Source of the DNA: a virus
Lineage: Duplodnaviria; Caudoviricetes
Direction: 5' to 3' (one strand)
IMG/VR virus record: IMGVR_UViG_3300023181_000009
Span: 1 to 53,656 of that record
DNA: 53,656 nt
A model generated the notes under the pieces. It saw nothing but the letters and a program-made list of their open reading frames with translations. It was not told the origin of the DNA and searched no databases. How positions within the stretch are numbered: position 1 is the stretch's first letter; the number at the start of each line of letters is the position of its first letter. The translations under genes and the position numbers were made by a program. Positions 9,241 to 18,485 of the stretch are shown piece by piece.

Positions 9241-9272
9241 CTTAAGATGAAAATAAGGATTAAAAATACTTA

Positions 9273-9710
9273 ATGATGGCAGCATATACAGAAGAACAAA
9301 TAAACGATAAGTTTGAAGCCGTTATAAACGATATAGAAGAAGGAAACTCATTGCGTAAAGCTTTGGGTTTTTATAATATAAGTTCAGCAACATTTTATCA
9401 ATGGTTAGATGGAAACGATGAAAGAAAAAAACGGTACGCGCGCGCATGCGAGGACAGAGCTGATAAACTTTTTGAGGAAATACTGGAAATAGCAGACAAG
9501 CAAGATAAAGATGTTTACGAAGTTGATGGGGTTGTTTATACAGACCATAATGTAATAAATCGATCAAGGTTGCAAGTTGATGCTCGTAAATGGATGGCTG
9601 CTAAAATGAATCCTAAAAAATTCGGAGACAAAGTAGACATGACCACTAATGGTAAAGACCTGCCGCCGGCTACAATTATTAAATGGGGCGATAAAGAAAT
9701 ACGAATATAA
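9273..9710 (+). CDS. terS: Terminase small subunit (Sf6-like)
   Basis: N-terminal HTH, YARA, RSRLQVDARKWMAAKMNPKKFGDK; directly upstream of terL. Confidence 0.88.
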   Translation: MMAAYTEEQINDKFEAVINDIEEGNSLRKALGFYNISSATFYQWLDGNDERKKRYARACEDRADKLFEEILEIADKQDKDVYEVDGVVYTDHNVINRSRLQVDARKWMAAKMNPKKFGDKVDMTTNGKDLPPATIIKWGDKEIRI

Positions 9711-11087
9711 ATGGTATTAACAAACAAACAAACAGAAGCGATGGTAGCCCTGCAAAGTGAGAAGTATAACTTCATCCTTTACGGGGGTGCCATCCGATGA
9801 CGGGGAGGTAAAAGCGTTTGGGGATTATCTGCTTTATTAATAATGTGCCAGGTGTTCCCTAATTCAAGATGGTGTGTAATTCGTGAGAACATGGAAAAAA
9901 TACGTACCACTACTATACCATCATTTTTAAAAATAAACCCATCAGGAAAGCTAAGACAAAGCCCTTACGAATATACACACCCCAACGGCTCAATAATATT
10001 ATTCAAGTCCGAGAACTACGTATCTGATAAAGAATTGGATTGGATGAAAGGATTAGAGGTAAATGGCTTCTTATTTGAAGAAATAAACGAATGTCAGGAA
10101 AAAACATTTTATAAAGCATTCGAGCGTTCAGGATCTTGGATAATACCTAATTCAAAATATCAACCTAAGCCAGTAATATTAGCCACATGCAACCCTACTC
10201 AAAATTGGGTTAAAGAAAAAGTATTCAATCCGTGGAAGGAAAACACATTAAACCCTAATTGGCTTTATATTCCATCTAAGATAAGCGATAACGTAGATGA
10301 GAATGGGGAGTCTAACTTACCACAAGAATATCTTGATAACTTAAACAACATGCCTCCTTATGAGTATGAAGTATTTGTTAACGGTAATTGGGATTTCTTA
10401 GTTAAAACAGGAGGGGAATTTTATAAACAATTTGAATACGATAAACAAAGGGGTAAAGCTGTTTACGATCCTGCATTGCCTTTGCACATAAGTTGGGATG
10501 ATAACGTTAACCCATACTTGCCTTGCGGTATATTTCAAATAGAAGGTTTGCATATTAAAATGATTGATGAAATTGCAGGAGAAACACCAAATAATACCGT
10601 TAAGTCCGTATGTAATGAAATAATACGTAAATACCCTGCTCACAATAGCGGAATGTTCGTATATGGGGATGCAACAGCGAACAAACAAGACACAAAACTG
10701 GAAAAAGGGCATAACTTTTATACACTTATACTTGAATATCTTAAACAATATAGACCCGTTAACCGTGTAACACGCTCAAATCCATCTGTAGTAATGCGTG
10801 GTAACTGGATAAATACTATCTTTGAAACTGGATTAGGAGGTATTGTAGTGACTATTGACGAAAAATGCACTAAAGCTATAAGCGATTTTATATTGCTTAA
10901 AGAAGCACCGGATGGGACTAAGCTAAAAGAAACTGCTAAGGATCCTAAGACAGGGGCTAAATTTCAGAAGTATGGACACTTTAGTGATTTATTCGATTAC
11001 ATTATGGTATCGGCCTTCAATAGCCAATACCAACTATATTTAAGTAATAAAAAGTCTAATAATTCATGGGCTTCTGCATTTAGGTAA
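9711..11087 (+). CDS. terL: Terminase large subunit with an in-frame TGA (9798-9800) inside Walker A; the ORF track shows only 9843..11087
   Basis: From ATG 9711: MVLTNKQTEAM...FILYGGAIR*RGGKSVW; Walker B FLFEE, coupling motif ATCNP, nuclease motifs ISWDDN, YGDA and GHFSD. Confidence 0.9.
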
Positions 11088-11095
11088 TTTATTGT

Positions 11096-11103
11096 TACAT
11101 TTG
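11096..11103 (+). promoter_or_regulatory. Promoter -7 box for the portal gene
   Basis: TACATTTG between the terL stop and ATG 11119. Confidence 0.55.
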
Positions 11104-11118
11104 TTAAAAATATTCACT

Positions 11119-12519
11119 ATGCAAATAGAATTCTTTATAAAAAATAAAAATAATCCAGGTATAATAGTTCCTGCTATTTTAAATGAGCATAACACATGCT
11201 TTGACTTAAAACTGTATAAAGAATACAATGCAGATGAACATAAAATAAACAGTAAGATATTCAGGCCTCAAAAGGTAATCACTAAAACATTAGATAGTTC
11301 TATTTTAGATATTAATGGAGAGAAAATAACCCATACTGTTTTAGTCGATGTTGCTCGTATATCATTAGCTATACAAAAGCTTATAGTAAGCCGTAAAACA
11401 GCTTTTACAACCGGAGGTAATGTTACCCTTAAATCAAAACCCTCAAATGATCAGGAAGCGGAAATAGCGGAACTTGTTAATGAAACGTGGAGAAAAAATA
11501 AATTACAGTATAGAAACGCAGATATATTTAGGGCTTTGGCTTCTGAAACAGAAGTTGCTGAAATATGGTATAGCAAAGTTAACTTAGATAAAACCATATC
11601 GCTAAAAACTAAAATATATACTCCAAGCGATGGTTATGAACTTGTTCCTATATTTGATGCACATAAAGATTTAATTGCTTTTGGATTACAATATGCAACT
11701 ACATTAAACAACGAGGTAATTAACCATTTAGATATTTATGATGAACTTGAAATAGTTAGATATACACAGCGTTCAGGTTATACATGGGTTATAGAAGAAG
11801 TTATACAGCATAACTATGGGAAAATACCTGTTATATACTATAGTATAAAACAGTCAGTTTGGCACGATGTACAAAACATGATTGAAAGGTTGGAAGTCTT
11901 AATGTCAAACTTTGCAGATACAAACGACTACAACGGATCACCTATACTATTTTCTAACGGAATGATAGAGGGATGGTCTGATAAAGGCGAGCAGGGTAAA
12001 TTAATTGAAGGAAAAGGAGAAGGGGCAAAGCTTGAATATGTTAGTTGGGATAGCGCACCGGAATCAATTAAATTAGAGATTGAAAAACTTACAGAGTTTA
12101 TTTATACAATAACTCAAACACCAAATATATCATTTAGCGAAATGAAGGGCTTAGGGGATGTTTCAGGTGTTGCTTTTGATAGGATTATGATTGATGCACA
12201 TTTAAACGCTACAGACCATCATAATGGTTCTTACGGAGAGGGAATACAAAGGAGAATTAACTTTTTACTTAGTGCGTTAGGTAATATTTACCCTAATCTA
12301 AAAATAGCTTCTGAAATAGAAATAACACCTATATTTAGTTTATTCAGTATTGATGATGAAAGCGACCGTATAGACAACGCAATGAAGGCAAACGGAGGTT
12401 TACCAGTTACATCGCATTTAGATTCAATTAAGCAGGCAGGATTAAGCGATGATGCAGAATTTACACTACAACAAATAAATAATCAACAACCTGTAACGGC
12501 AACTAATAAAAATATTTAA
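11119..12519 (+). CDS. Portal protein (SPP1 gp6-like)
   Basis: Position after terL; HNYGKIPVIYY, SNFADTNDYNGSPIL, SGVA motifs. Confidence 0.85.
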   Translation: MQIEFFIKNKNNPGIIVPAILNEHNTCFDLKLYKEYNADEHKINSKIFRPQKVITKTLDSSILDINGEKITHTVLVDVARISLAIQKLIVSRKTAFTTGGNVTLKSKPSNDQEAEIAELVNETWRKNKLQYRNADIFRALASETEVAEIWYSKVNLDKTISLKTKIYTPSDGYELVPIFDAHKDLIAFGLQYATTLNNEVINHLDIYDELEIVRYTQRSGYTWVIEEVIQHNYGKIPVIYYSIKQSVWHDVQNMIERLEVLMSNFADTNDYNGSPILFSNGMIEGWSDKGEQGKLIEGKGEGAKLEYVSWDSAPESIKLEIEKLTEFIYTITQTPNISFSEMKGLGDVSGVAFDRIMIDAHLNATDHHNGSYGEGIQRRINFLLSALGNIYPNLKIASEIEITPIFSLFSIDDESDRIDNAMKANGGLPVTSHLDSIKQAGLSDDAEFTLQQINNQQPVTATNKNI

Positions 12520-12548
12520 CAAAAATGTTATTATGAATTAAATTTAGT

Positions 12549-12653
12549 TACATTTGCTGTAAACAAACTATGTGAAGATGCATAGCACTCAAAAAAATAC
12601 GTAAATACCTTATAGCCATCTTATGCATTCAATTGCGTGAGGTGGCTTTTTTT
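12549..12653 (+). promoter_or_regulatory. Promoter plus attenuator-like leader (small hairpin and intrinsic terminator)
   Basis: TACATTTG 12549-12556; CTATG-tgaagatg-CATAG 12568-12585; 14-bp stem 12614-12647 followed by a T-tract. Confidence 0.7.
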
Positions 12654-12683
12654 GTTGTGAACATAAACTAAAATAATTTTATT

Positions 12684-13280
12684 ATGGCTGTAGACAAGGA
12701 TAAAGTATTAGCTGCAATTGAACTTAAGTTTAAGGGCAAATCTATTACAAAGACTTACAAAGAAAGCATAGCGATCAAATGGGCGGCTAAAATCGACAAT
12801 GATGCTGAAATTGATGCTTATATCAATGACAGAGAAGATGACGTTTTAGAAGCAGCATCGGAAGCAGACCGTAGAGCAACGGAAGCAAGTAAAAAAGCTA
12901 ATCCTGAAACTCCTAAAAAAGAAGAGCCTAAAGAAGAAGTTAAGACTGTAGCAGATGATGCTCCTGAATGGTTTAAAACCTATGTGAAAGCACAGGATGA
13001 AAAACTTGATGGAATAGTTGGTAAAGTTGCAGGCTTTGAACAAAAAACAATTGCTGAACGTTTTAAATCAGATCCAAGAGTTAAAGGTCTACCTGATGCA
13101 GTATTTAAAGGACGTATACCTTCTAAAGAAGAGGACTTTGAAACAGCTATTACAGAGTTAGCATCCGATTATTCTTCATTTAAATTTGGTAATGATAAAC
13201 CGGGCGGCACAGGTGCTAAAGGCGATTCTAAAAAAGAGGCGACAAAAGAAGAAATTGATGCCGTAATGGCTAAAATCTAA
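12684..13280 (+). CDS. Capsid scaffolding protein
   Basis: Charged helical protein with a PEWFK motif, between portal and capsid genes. Confidence 0.65.
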   Translation: MAVDKDKVLAAIELKFKGKSITKTYKESIAIKWAAKIDNDAEIDAYINDREDDVLEAASEADRRATEASKKANPETPKKEEPKEEVKTVADDAPEWFKTYVKAQDEKLDGIVGKVAGFEQKTIAERFKSDPRVKGLPDAVFKGRIPSKEEDFETAITELASDYSSFKFGNDKPGGTGAKGDSKKEATKEEIDAVMAKI

Positions 13281-13291
13281 AACTAAAAAAA

Positions 13292-13690
13292 ATGGCAGTA
13301 GCTAATCTAAACAATGAGCCTGTACAGTATGATGATGGTAAGGATTCTATAGTAATCGTAGATAACTTTCAGTCTATACGTGGAGGCAGGACTTTAGATG
13401 TTACCGGTTTTACACCTGAACTTATTAAATCAGGACACGTAATAATCGTACAAACATCAAATCAACAATACAAGCCTATGCCTGTAAATGGTGGTGCAAC
13501 AGCTTACGCTACACTACCTACAGGACATACATACGCGGGAGTATTGATAAACACAATACGTACATCAAAACCTTTCGCAGGAATTATGGTACGTGGAACT
13601 ATTAACCCGGTTGCAGCCCCTTATGACTTTGCTACTATTGCAGCAGCAGTTAAAACGGCTTTACCACTAATTGACCAAAGAGCAGACTAA
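13292..13690 (+). CDS. Head decoration/cement protein
   Basis: 132 aa, beta-rich, immediately before the major capsid gene. Confidence 0.6.
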   Translation: MAVANLNNEPVQYDDGKDSIVIVDNFQSIRGGRTLDVTGFTPELIKSGHVIIVQTSNQQYKPMPVNGGATAYATLPTGHTYAGVLINTIRTSKPFAGIMVRGTINPVAAPYDFATIAAAVKTALPLIDQRAD

Positions 13691-14769
13691 TGGACGAATC
13701 AAACTTTGCCGAATGGCTCGAATTATACTTCCCAGGCATTACGCTTAGGGTAGTAGAAACATTTAATGGGGAAAACTTAGTACCTACTTATTTGTACAGG
13801 AGATTCTTATCACAGCGTTTTAGCTTAGATGGTAAATGGAATAGCTTAAGTGTAAATAACAGGCTTATTGCTGCTGATGTTATTGCAATGGATTCTTCAT
13901 TGCCACTTAAAACACGACCAACAATAGCTTCTGCTACAGGAGAAATACCTAAAATGGGTATTGAACTTACAATACGTGAACAAAAGCTAACTGAACTACA
14001 AACTTTAGTTGCTTTAGGTCGAATTAGCGATGCACTTGCTTTGTTCTTTAGTGATACAAGACTTGTTATAGGCGCACAATATGAGCGTATAGAAGCTATA
14101 TTCTTAGAAGGATTAAGTTCAGGTGTATGTGTTATTGATGACACAGAAACTGTTGGTACAGGTGTAAGGTTAGATTTTAACTACCCTACATCACACCTAC
14201 TGCAATCAGATACAATGTGGAGTAACATAAATGCTACGCCAATAACAGATATACAGACCGTACTTGATGCTGCTGATTTAGAAAGCCAAACACCTACCAC
14301 TATGATGATGGATAGGACTACTTTCAACAACTTCATTAAAACGCAAGAGGTGAAAGATATTTATGCTGCATCATTTGGAATATTTGGGGCTAACGTTCCA
14401 ACTCCAACGTTTGACCAAGTAAATACAGCTTTAGGATCTCGTTACGGACTTAATATTGAAATTGTAAACAGGTCAGTTACATTACAACGTAATGGCGTTA
14501 ATACAGTAGTTAAACCGTGGAAAGCAGGTTCTGTTGTATTCGTTAGCGGTACTGATTTAGGTGCGCTTGTATATGCTACATTAGCAGAAGAGAATGCACC
14601 GGTTGCAGGTGTTGCTTACCAAAAAGTAGACAACTTTATGCTTGTATCTAAATACAGACTAAATAGGCCTTCACTAATGGAAGTTACTGCATCACAATCT
14701 CGTGTTGTGCCGGTAATTGACAATGTAAACTCTATATTCTTACTTGATACAACTATAACACAAGCATAA
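13690..14769 (+). CDS. Major capsid protein (lambda gpE-like)
   Basis: ADVIAMDSSLPLKTR, GEIPKMG, LDFNYP, PITDI and terminal PVI pattern; 359 aa. Confidence 0.85.
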   Translation: MDESNFAEWLELYFPGITLRVVETFNGENLVPTYLYRRFLSQRFSLDGKWNSLSVNNRLIAADVIAMDSSLPLKTRPTIASATGEIPKMGIELTIREQKLTELQTLVALGRISDALALFFSDTRLVIGAQYERIEAIFLEGLSSGVCVIDDTETVGTGVRLDFNYPTSHLLQSDTMWSNINATPITDIQTVLDAADLESQTPTTMMMDRTTFNNFIKTQEVKDIYAASFGIFGANVPTPTFDQVNTALGSRYGLNIEIVNRSVTLQRNGVNTVVKPWKAGSVVFVSGTDLGALVYATLAEENAPVAGVAYQKVDNFMLVSKYRLNRPSLMEVTASQSRVVPVIDNVNSIFLLDTTITQA

Positions 14770-14771
14770 TA

Positions 14772-14963
14772 ATGGCGGGTAGACCTAAAAAAGAAGTTGA
14801 GGGAAAGTATATAGTAGTAAATCCATTTCAGGATAGGGCTGTATATGGTTCTGATAAGTACGAAGTAGGCGACGATGTTTCACACTTTGATGCTGACAGG
14901 TTAGAATCGGCTATTTCGCGTAAACTTGTAGAGTTAAACGTAACGCCTAAAACAGAAGAGTAG
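14772..14963 (+). CDS. Small head-completion protein
   Basis: YIVVNPFQD...YEVGDDV...R...LVE pattern directly after the capsid gene. Confidence 0.55.
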   Translation: MAGRPKKEVEGKYIVVNPFQDRAVYGSDKYEVGDDVSHFDADRLESAISRKLVELNVTPKTEE

Positions 14964-15622
14964 TGTATAACATTAGTTCCATAGACACACTTAAAAACAG
15001 AGTTGGTTGGTTTGCACCTGTGCAGCCAACTAACCTTGTTATTACACCTGAAAACGAAGCAACAGATAGCGGTTTGTTCGTGAATAGTTTTCATGCATTG
15101 GCAACGGTTGAAAAAGTGTTTAAGTCTATAGAAAATGTTGATGTTACACAAGATACTTTAAACGTAATCTTAGCTAAGATAAAAGTAGATGCGGCTGTTG
15201 ATGTATTGCATAAAGTGTACGACGTTAATATGAGGGCAAGATATAGGTTTAATAACCTTATTGAAAGCCTAAACTATTTAACTGATTACACAGATAGCAT
15301 TACAGTTAATGCAAGTTCGTTTACAGATGTTATAGGTTTGAGTATGGCTATTAAGACTATAGAGCAATTACGTTTAACCGTAAGAAGCAATAAAGACACT
15401 AACAGCTACAAACTGACTGATGCTGATTTATACCAGGCATTGCATGGAGTGTATACACCCGAAGGTAAAAACGTAACTATTGGCTTATATGGTCAATACA
15501 GGGAAGCATTAGCATTACTTATTGATGTTTTGTTTCCTACTAAAATACCTGATGGAGCAACGCTAAACCCTGATGGAACTGTTAAATTAGCACCTACGTT
15601 AAAAGCTTTAAGGATATGGTAA
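14963..15622 (+). CDS. Head-tail connector protein (GTG start)
   Basis: Synteny within the neck module. Confidence 0.5.
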   Translation: MYNISSIDTLKNRVGWFAPVQPTNLVITPENEATDSGLFVNSFHALATVEKVFKSIENVDVTQDTLNVILAKIKVDAAVDVLHKVYDVNMRARYRFNNLIESLNYLTDYTDSITVNASSFTDVIGLSMAIKTIEQLRLTVRSNKDTNSYKLTDADLYQALHGVYTPEGKNVTIGLYGQYREALALLIDVLFPTKIPDGATLNPDGTVKLAPTLKALRIW

Positions 15623-16143
15623 TAGCTAAAGATAATCCTATAGGTATAGATAGCTTGGTTAATAAAATGCAGAATGTTATTAATGAACGTTTAGCATGGG
15701 CGAATCAACTTGAAATATATCCACGCTGTTATATACAGTTTAGGGATAATCAAACAACCATTGAGCATTATCTTAAAAATGGAGATTATGAAACAGTAAA
15801 TAACGCAGAAGCAAATAAATGCTTCTTTGTATTGTTTGGTAATCAACAAAAAGAGAATGATGGTCTTTATAGTACACAGTTAGACCTTTACTTTACTTTA
15901 AATCTTACTGAAATTAAACCCGATGTGTTACACAGGTGTGATGAAGAGGTAAGAATGGATGTTTTAAAGGTAATAGAGCGTTTTAGTTTAGGTATTAATA
16001 CTGTTACCATAAATCAAGTAATCACAGGTATAGATAATGTTTACAGAGGTTTATTCTTTAACCGTGACGACGACAACCAACCATACCATTGCTTTAAGGT
16101 TAGGTTAGATATAAAATATGATAAAGATGGCTACAATTGTTAG
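15616..16143 (+). CDS. Neck/tail terminator-like protein
   Basis: Synteny before the major tail gene; QPYHCFKV motif. Confidence 0.5.
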   Translation: MVIAKDNPIGIDSLVNKMQNVINERLAWANQLEIYPRCYIQFRDNQTTIEHYLKNGDYETVNNAEANKCFFVLFGNQQKENDGLYSTQLDLYFTLNLTEIKPDVLHRCDEEVRMDVLKVIERFSLGINTVTINQVITGIDNVYRGLFFNRDDDNQPYHCFKVRLDIKYDKDGYNC

Positions 16144-16172
16144 CTTATTAACTATTAAAAAAATAAAACATT

Positions 16173-17042
16173 ATGAGCGTAATAAACGAACTATGCGGAA
16201 TTGATGTAGCACAACCAAGAAATACAGGATCAAACAATGAATGTATTGAGGGTGTATTAAAACTGCAATTTGCAGCCCGTACAGGTTTTGCTTTCCCAAC
16301 ATTAACCGCTTTTAAAACAAAACAGGCATGGCTTGATGCTATAGAGGCTAAGGATATTATACCGCTATATACAGCACGTGTAGTAACTAACGCAAATACT
16401 GATCCTGTATTTTATACTACAGGAGATTACAGGTTTCAAACCGCGCCACCTGTTGAGGGCTTAACTTACGAATGCTACTTAGGACTTTGTTCTCATGCAG
16501 CGTTAGACTCTATACAAAACACTGAATATAACCAATTGTTTGACCTGAATAATGACGATTCATTCTTAGGCGTTATGAATGAGGATGGAAGCGTTAGAGG
16601 TCGTAAAGCAACAATTAACGTAGGTATACGCCAACGTCCGGTACTTGATAAGCCAGCGACTACTTTAGTAACTGTTACTTATGCAGATTACAAAGACATC
16701 GTAAATAACGGTGTATTGGTTAAAACTACTTTCGGCTCAGACCTTAGAGGTATATTTGATATTGTGCTTAACCAGGTTTCAGCAACTACAACTACAATAC
16801 GCTTTACAGCTATTACTGATTGCGGTAACAGGCCATTAACTACTTTAACGGGTACTGATGTGATTGTACGTAATGCAGCCGGTGTTATTCAAACTGTAAC
16901 ATTTGTTCCTGCTGATGCTAACGGTGTTTATCAGATTACAGCAACGGCTGTAGCTGATGGATGGACTGTAGAAGTAGATGGCGTTATTGTTATAGTAGAT
17001 ACGATGTATGAAGCAGACGGTGTACTAACTGTAAACATATAA
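16173..17042 (+). CDS. Major tail protein, possibly with a C-terminal Ig-like domain
   Basis: Synteny, size and a Thr/Val-rich beta C-terminus. Confidence 0.65.
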   Translation: MSVINELCGIDVAQPRNTGSNNECIEGVLKLQFAARTGFAFPTLTAFKTKQAWLDAIEAKDIIPLYTARVVTNANTDPVFYTTGDYRFQTAPPVEGLTYECYLGLCSHAALDSIQNTEYNQLFDLNNDDSFLGVMNEDGSVRGRKATINVGIRQRPVLDKPATTLVTVTYADYKDIVNNGVLVKTTFGSDLRGIFDIVLNQVSATTTTIRFTAITDCGNRPLTTLTGTDVIVRNAAGVIQTVTFVPADANGVYQITATAVADGWTVEVDGVIVIVDTMYEADGVLTVNI

Positions 17043-17045
17043 GCC

Positions 17046-17282
17046 ATGAGTAAAAAATCAGAAAAAGCAGCTTTGTTAAAAAACAGAAATGTTTATAAAG
17101 GTATTTTGTTTGCAGAAGGTTATAATGCAACTTACAAAGAGTTTAAAGACACTTTCGAGGAAATACACATCTTTGCTAACCTGCAACCAGAAGCACGTGA
17201 AATAGCCTTAAAAGAGGCTTATAAAGCAGCAACAAATGGCAACACTAAACCAAGCGTTACAGAAAGCAAGGGCGATAAGTAA
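17046..17282 (+). CDS. Tail module hypothetical protein
   Basis: Synteny. Confidence 0.55.
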   Translation: MSKKSEKAALLKNRNVYKGILFAEGYNATYKEFKDTFEEIHIFANLQPEAREIALKEAYKAATNGNTKPSVTESKGDK

Positions 17283-17697
17283 AGATGCTCTTATTTCCCA
17301 GTTTTTTGATGTTATACGTAGTTGCGAAAAAGAGTTTATAGATAAGAATAAAGACCAGTTACTAAATGAAAAGATAGATATATACGGTAGTCCAATAGGT
17401 TATTATTCACGTGCTACAGAAGCTATAAACCCAAATAAACGTGCAGGAACACCTTTTACTTTATATGATACAGGCGACTTCTTTAGCGGTTTTTACATGG
17501 AAATACAGAATCAAAGCGTTAAGCTTTATTCAAGGGATAGTAAAACCAAAGACTTAGTAGGCGCACATCTTAGTAGATATAGTACATTCTTGTCAGGAGA
17601 TATTTTCGGCTTAACAGATAAAAATTTAAGGGAGGTAATTGAGCAATCAATCCTCCCTTTGTTCATTCAGGATATAAGAACCAAATTAAGTATATGA
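17236..17697 (+). CDS. Neck/tail-completion protein
   Basis: TLYDTGDFFSG...IFGLT pattern. Confidence 0.55.
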   Translation: MATLNQALQKARAISKDALISQFFDVIRSCEKEFIDKNKDQLLNEKIDIYGSPIGYYSRATEAINPNKRAGTPFTLYDTGDFFSGFYMEIQNQSVKLYSRDSKTKDLVGAHLSRYSTFLSGDIFGLTDKNLREVIEQSILPLFIQDIRTKLSI

Positions 17698-18260
17698 TTT
17701 ACAAAACCCTTGATATTATTCCTTACAAGCTTTTTATTAAAATAAGTCAGAATCATGATTACACATTACTATGTACTGAAAATGAGTTTTTAGAATTAAA
17801 CGAATTAAATGATATTTGGGATAGCATACATTCAGAATATTTATCTTTAAACCCATCAAGTGACGACAAGCGTATACTAAAGATTCATGCAGAAATATAT
17901 CACTTTCAGGCTAAATACAACTGGGTTATAATAGCATGCCGGATATTATCATGGGATTATGATAAAGAGACTATAGACCAATTAATTGAATACGGTTACT
18001 CTATAACTCATGAATCATTTTTAGGAGATTTAGAGCGTATTCAAAAAGAAGCGGAAGGTTTATTGGTTAAAGCAGATGCAATGGCAGAGGAACTCCCTAA
18101 ACAAGATGAAAACGATGCTAAATATAGCGTTGATGATATGCTTGCCAGTTATAGCGTGTTTTTAGGTATAGATTTAGACTTTAATACAATACCCGCAACT
18201 AAAGTGTTATCTTTGGGTAAGCAAATAGACCTTAAGATAAAAGCAAACCACAAACAGTAA
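17694..18260 (+). CDS. Putative tail assembly chaperone
   Basis: Acidic helical protein before the tape measure gene. Confidence 0.5.
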   Translation: MIYKTLDIIPYKLFIKISQNHDYTLLCTENEFLELNELNDIWDSIHSEYLSLNPSSDDKRILKIHAEIYHFQAKYNWVIIACRILSWDYDKETIDQLIEYGYSITHESFLGDLERIQKEAEGLLVKADAMAEELPKQDENDAKYSVDDMLASYSVFLGIDLDFNTIPATKVLSLGKQIDLKIKANHKQ

Positions 18261-18264
18261 AGAG

Positions 18265-18471
18265 ATGAAAAAATCATATTCATATAAAGAACTTTCTGAT
18301 GCATTAAATATGTCCTTTAAAATGTCAAATCTTATAGCTTATATTCTTAACCTTTTGAAATCAATAGATTTAGACCAATCAGAATATTACATAAAACTAA
18401 ATGCTAAGTATATTATAATTATTGGCTTAATCATGGATTTAAACAACAAACTAAGGCTTATTGAAGCTTAA
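18265..18471 (+). CDS. Hypothetical protein
   Basis: AT-rich ORF between the chaperone and tape measure genes. Confidence 0.45.
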   Translation: MKKSYSYKELSDALNMSFKMSNLIAYILNLLKSIDLDQSEYYIKLNAKYIIIIGLIMDLNNKLRLIEA

Positions 18472-18485
18472 ATAATAATAAATCT

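Noticed and set aside
9798-9800. Genome-wide TGA reassignment or selenocysteine at the terL stop
   Set aside because: TGA ends other genes (ATGA overlaps at 664-667, 17694-17697, 31616-31619), the long genes have no internal TGA, and inserting a residue would not restore the P-loop spacing
9795-9803. Intron or intein in terL
   Set aside because: The extra sequence is only 6 nt, far too short for a self-splicing element
17046-18485. Tail chaperone G/GT programmed frameshift
   Set aside because: I found no convincing slippery heptamer joining two ORFs before the tape measure gene
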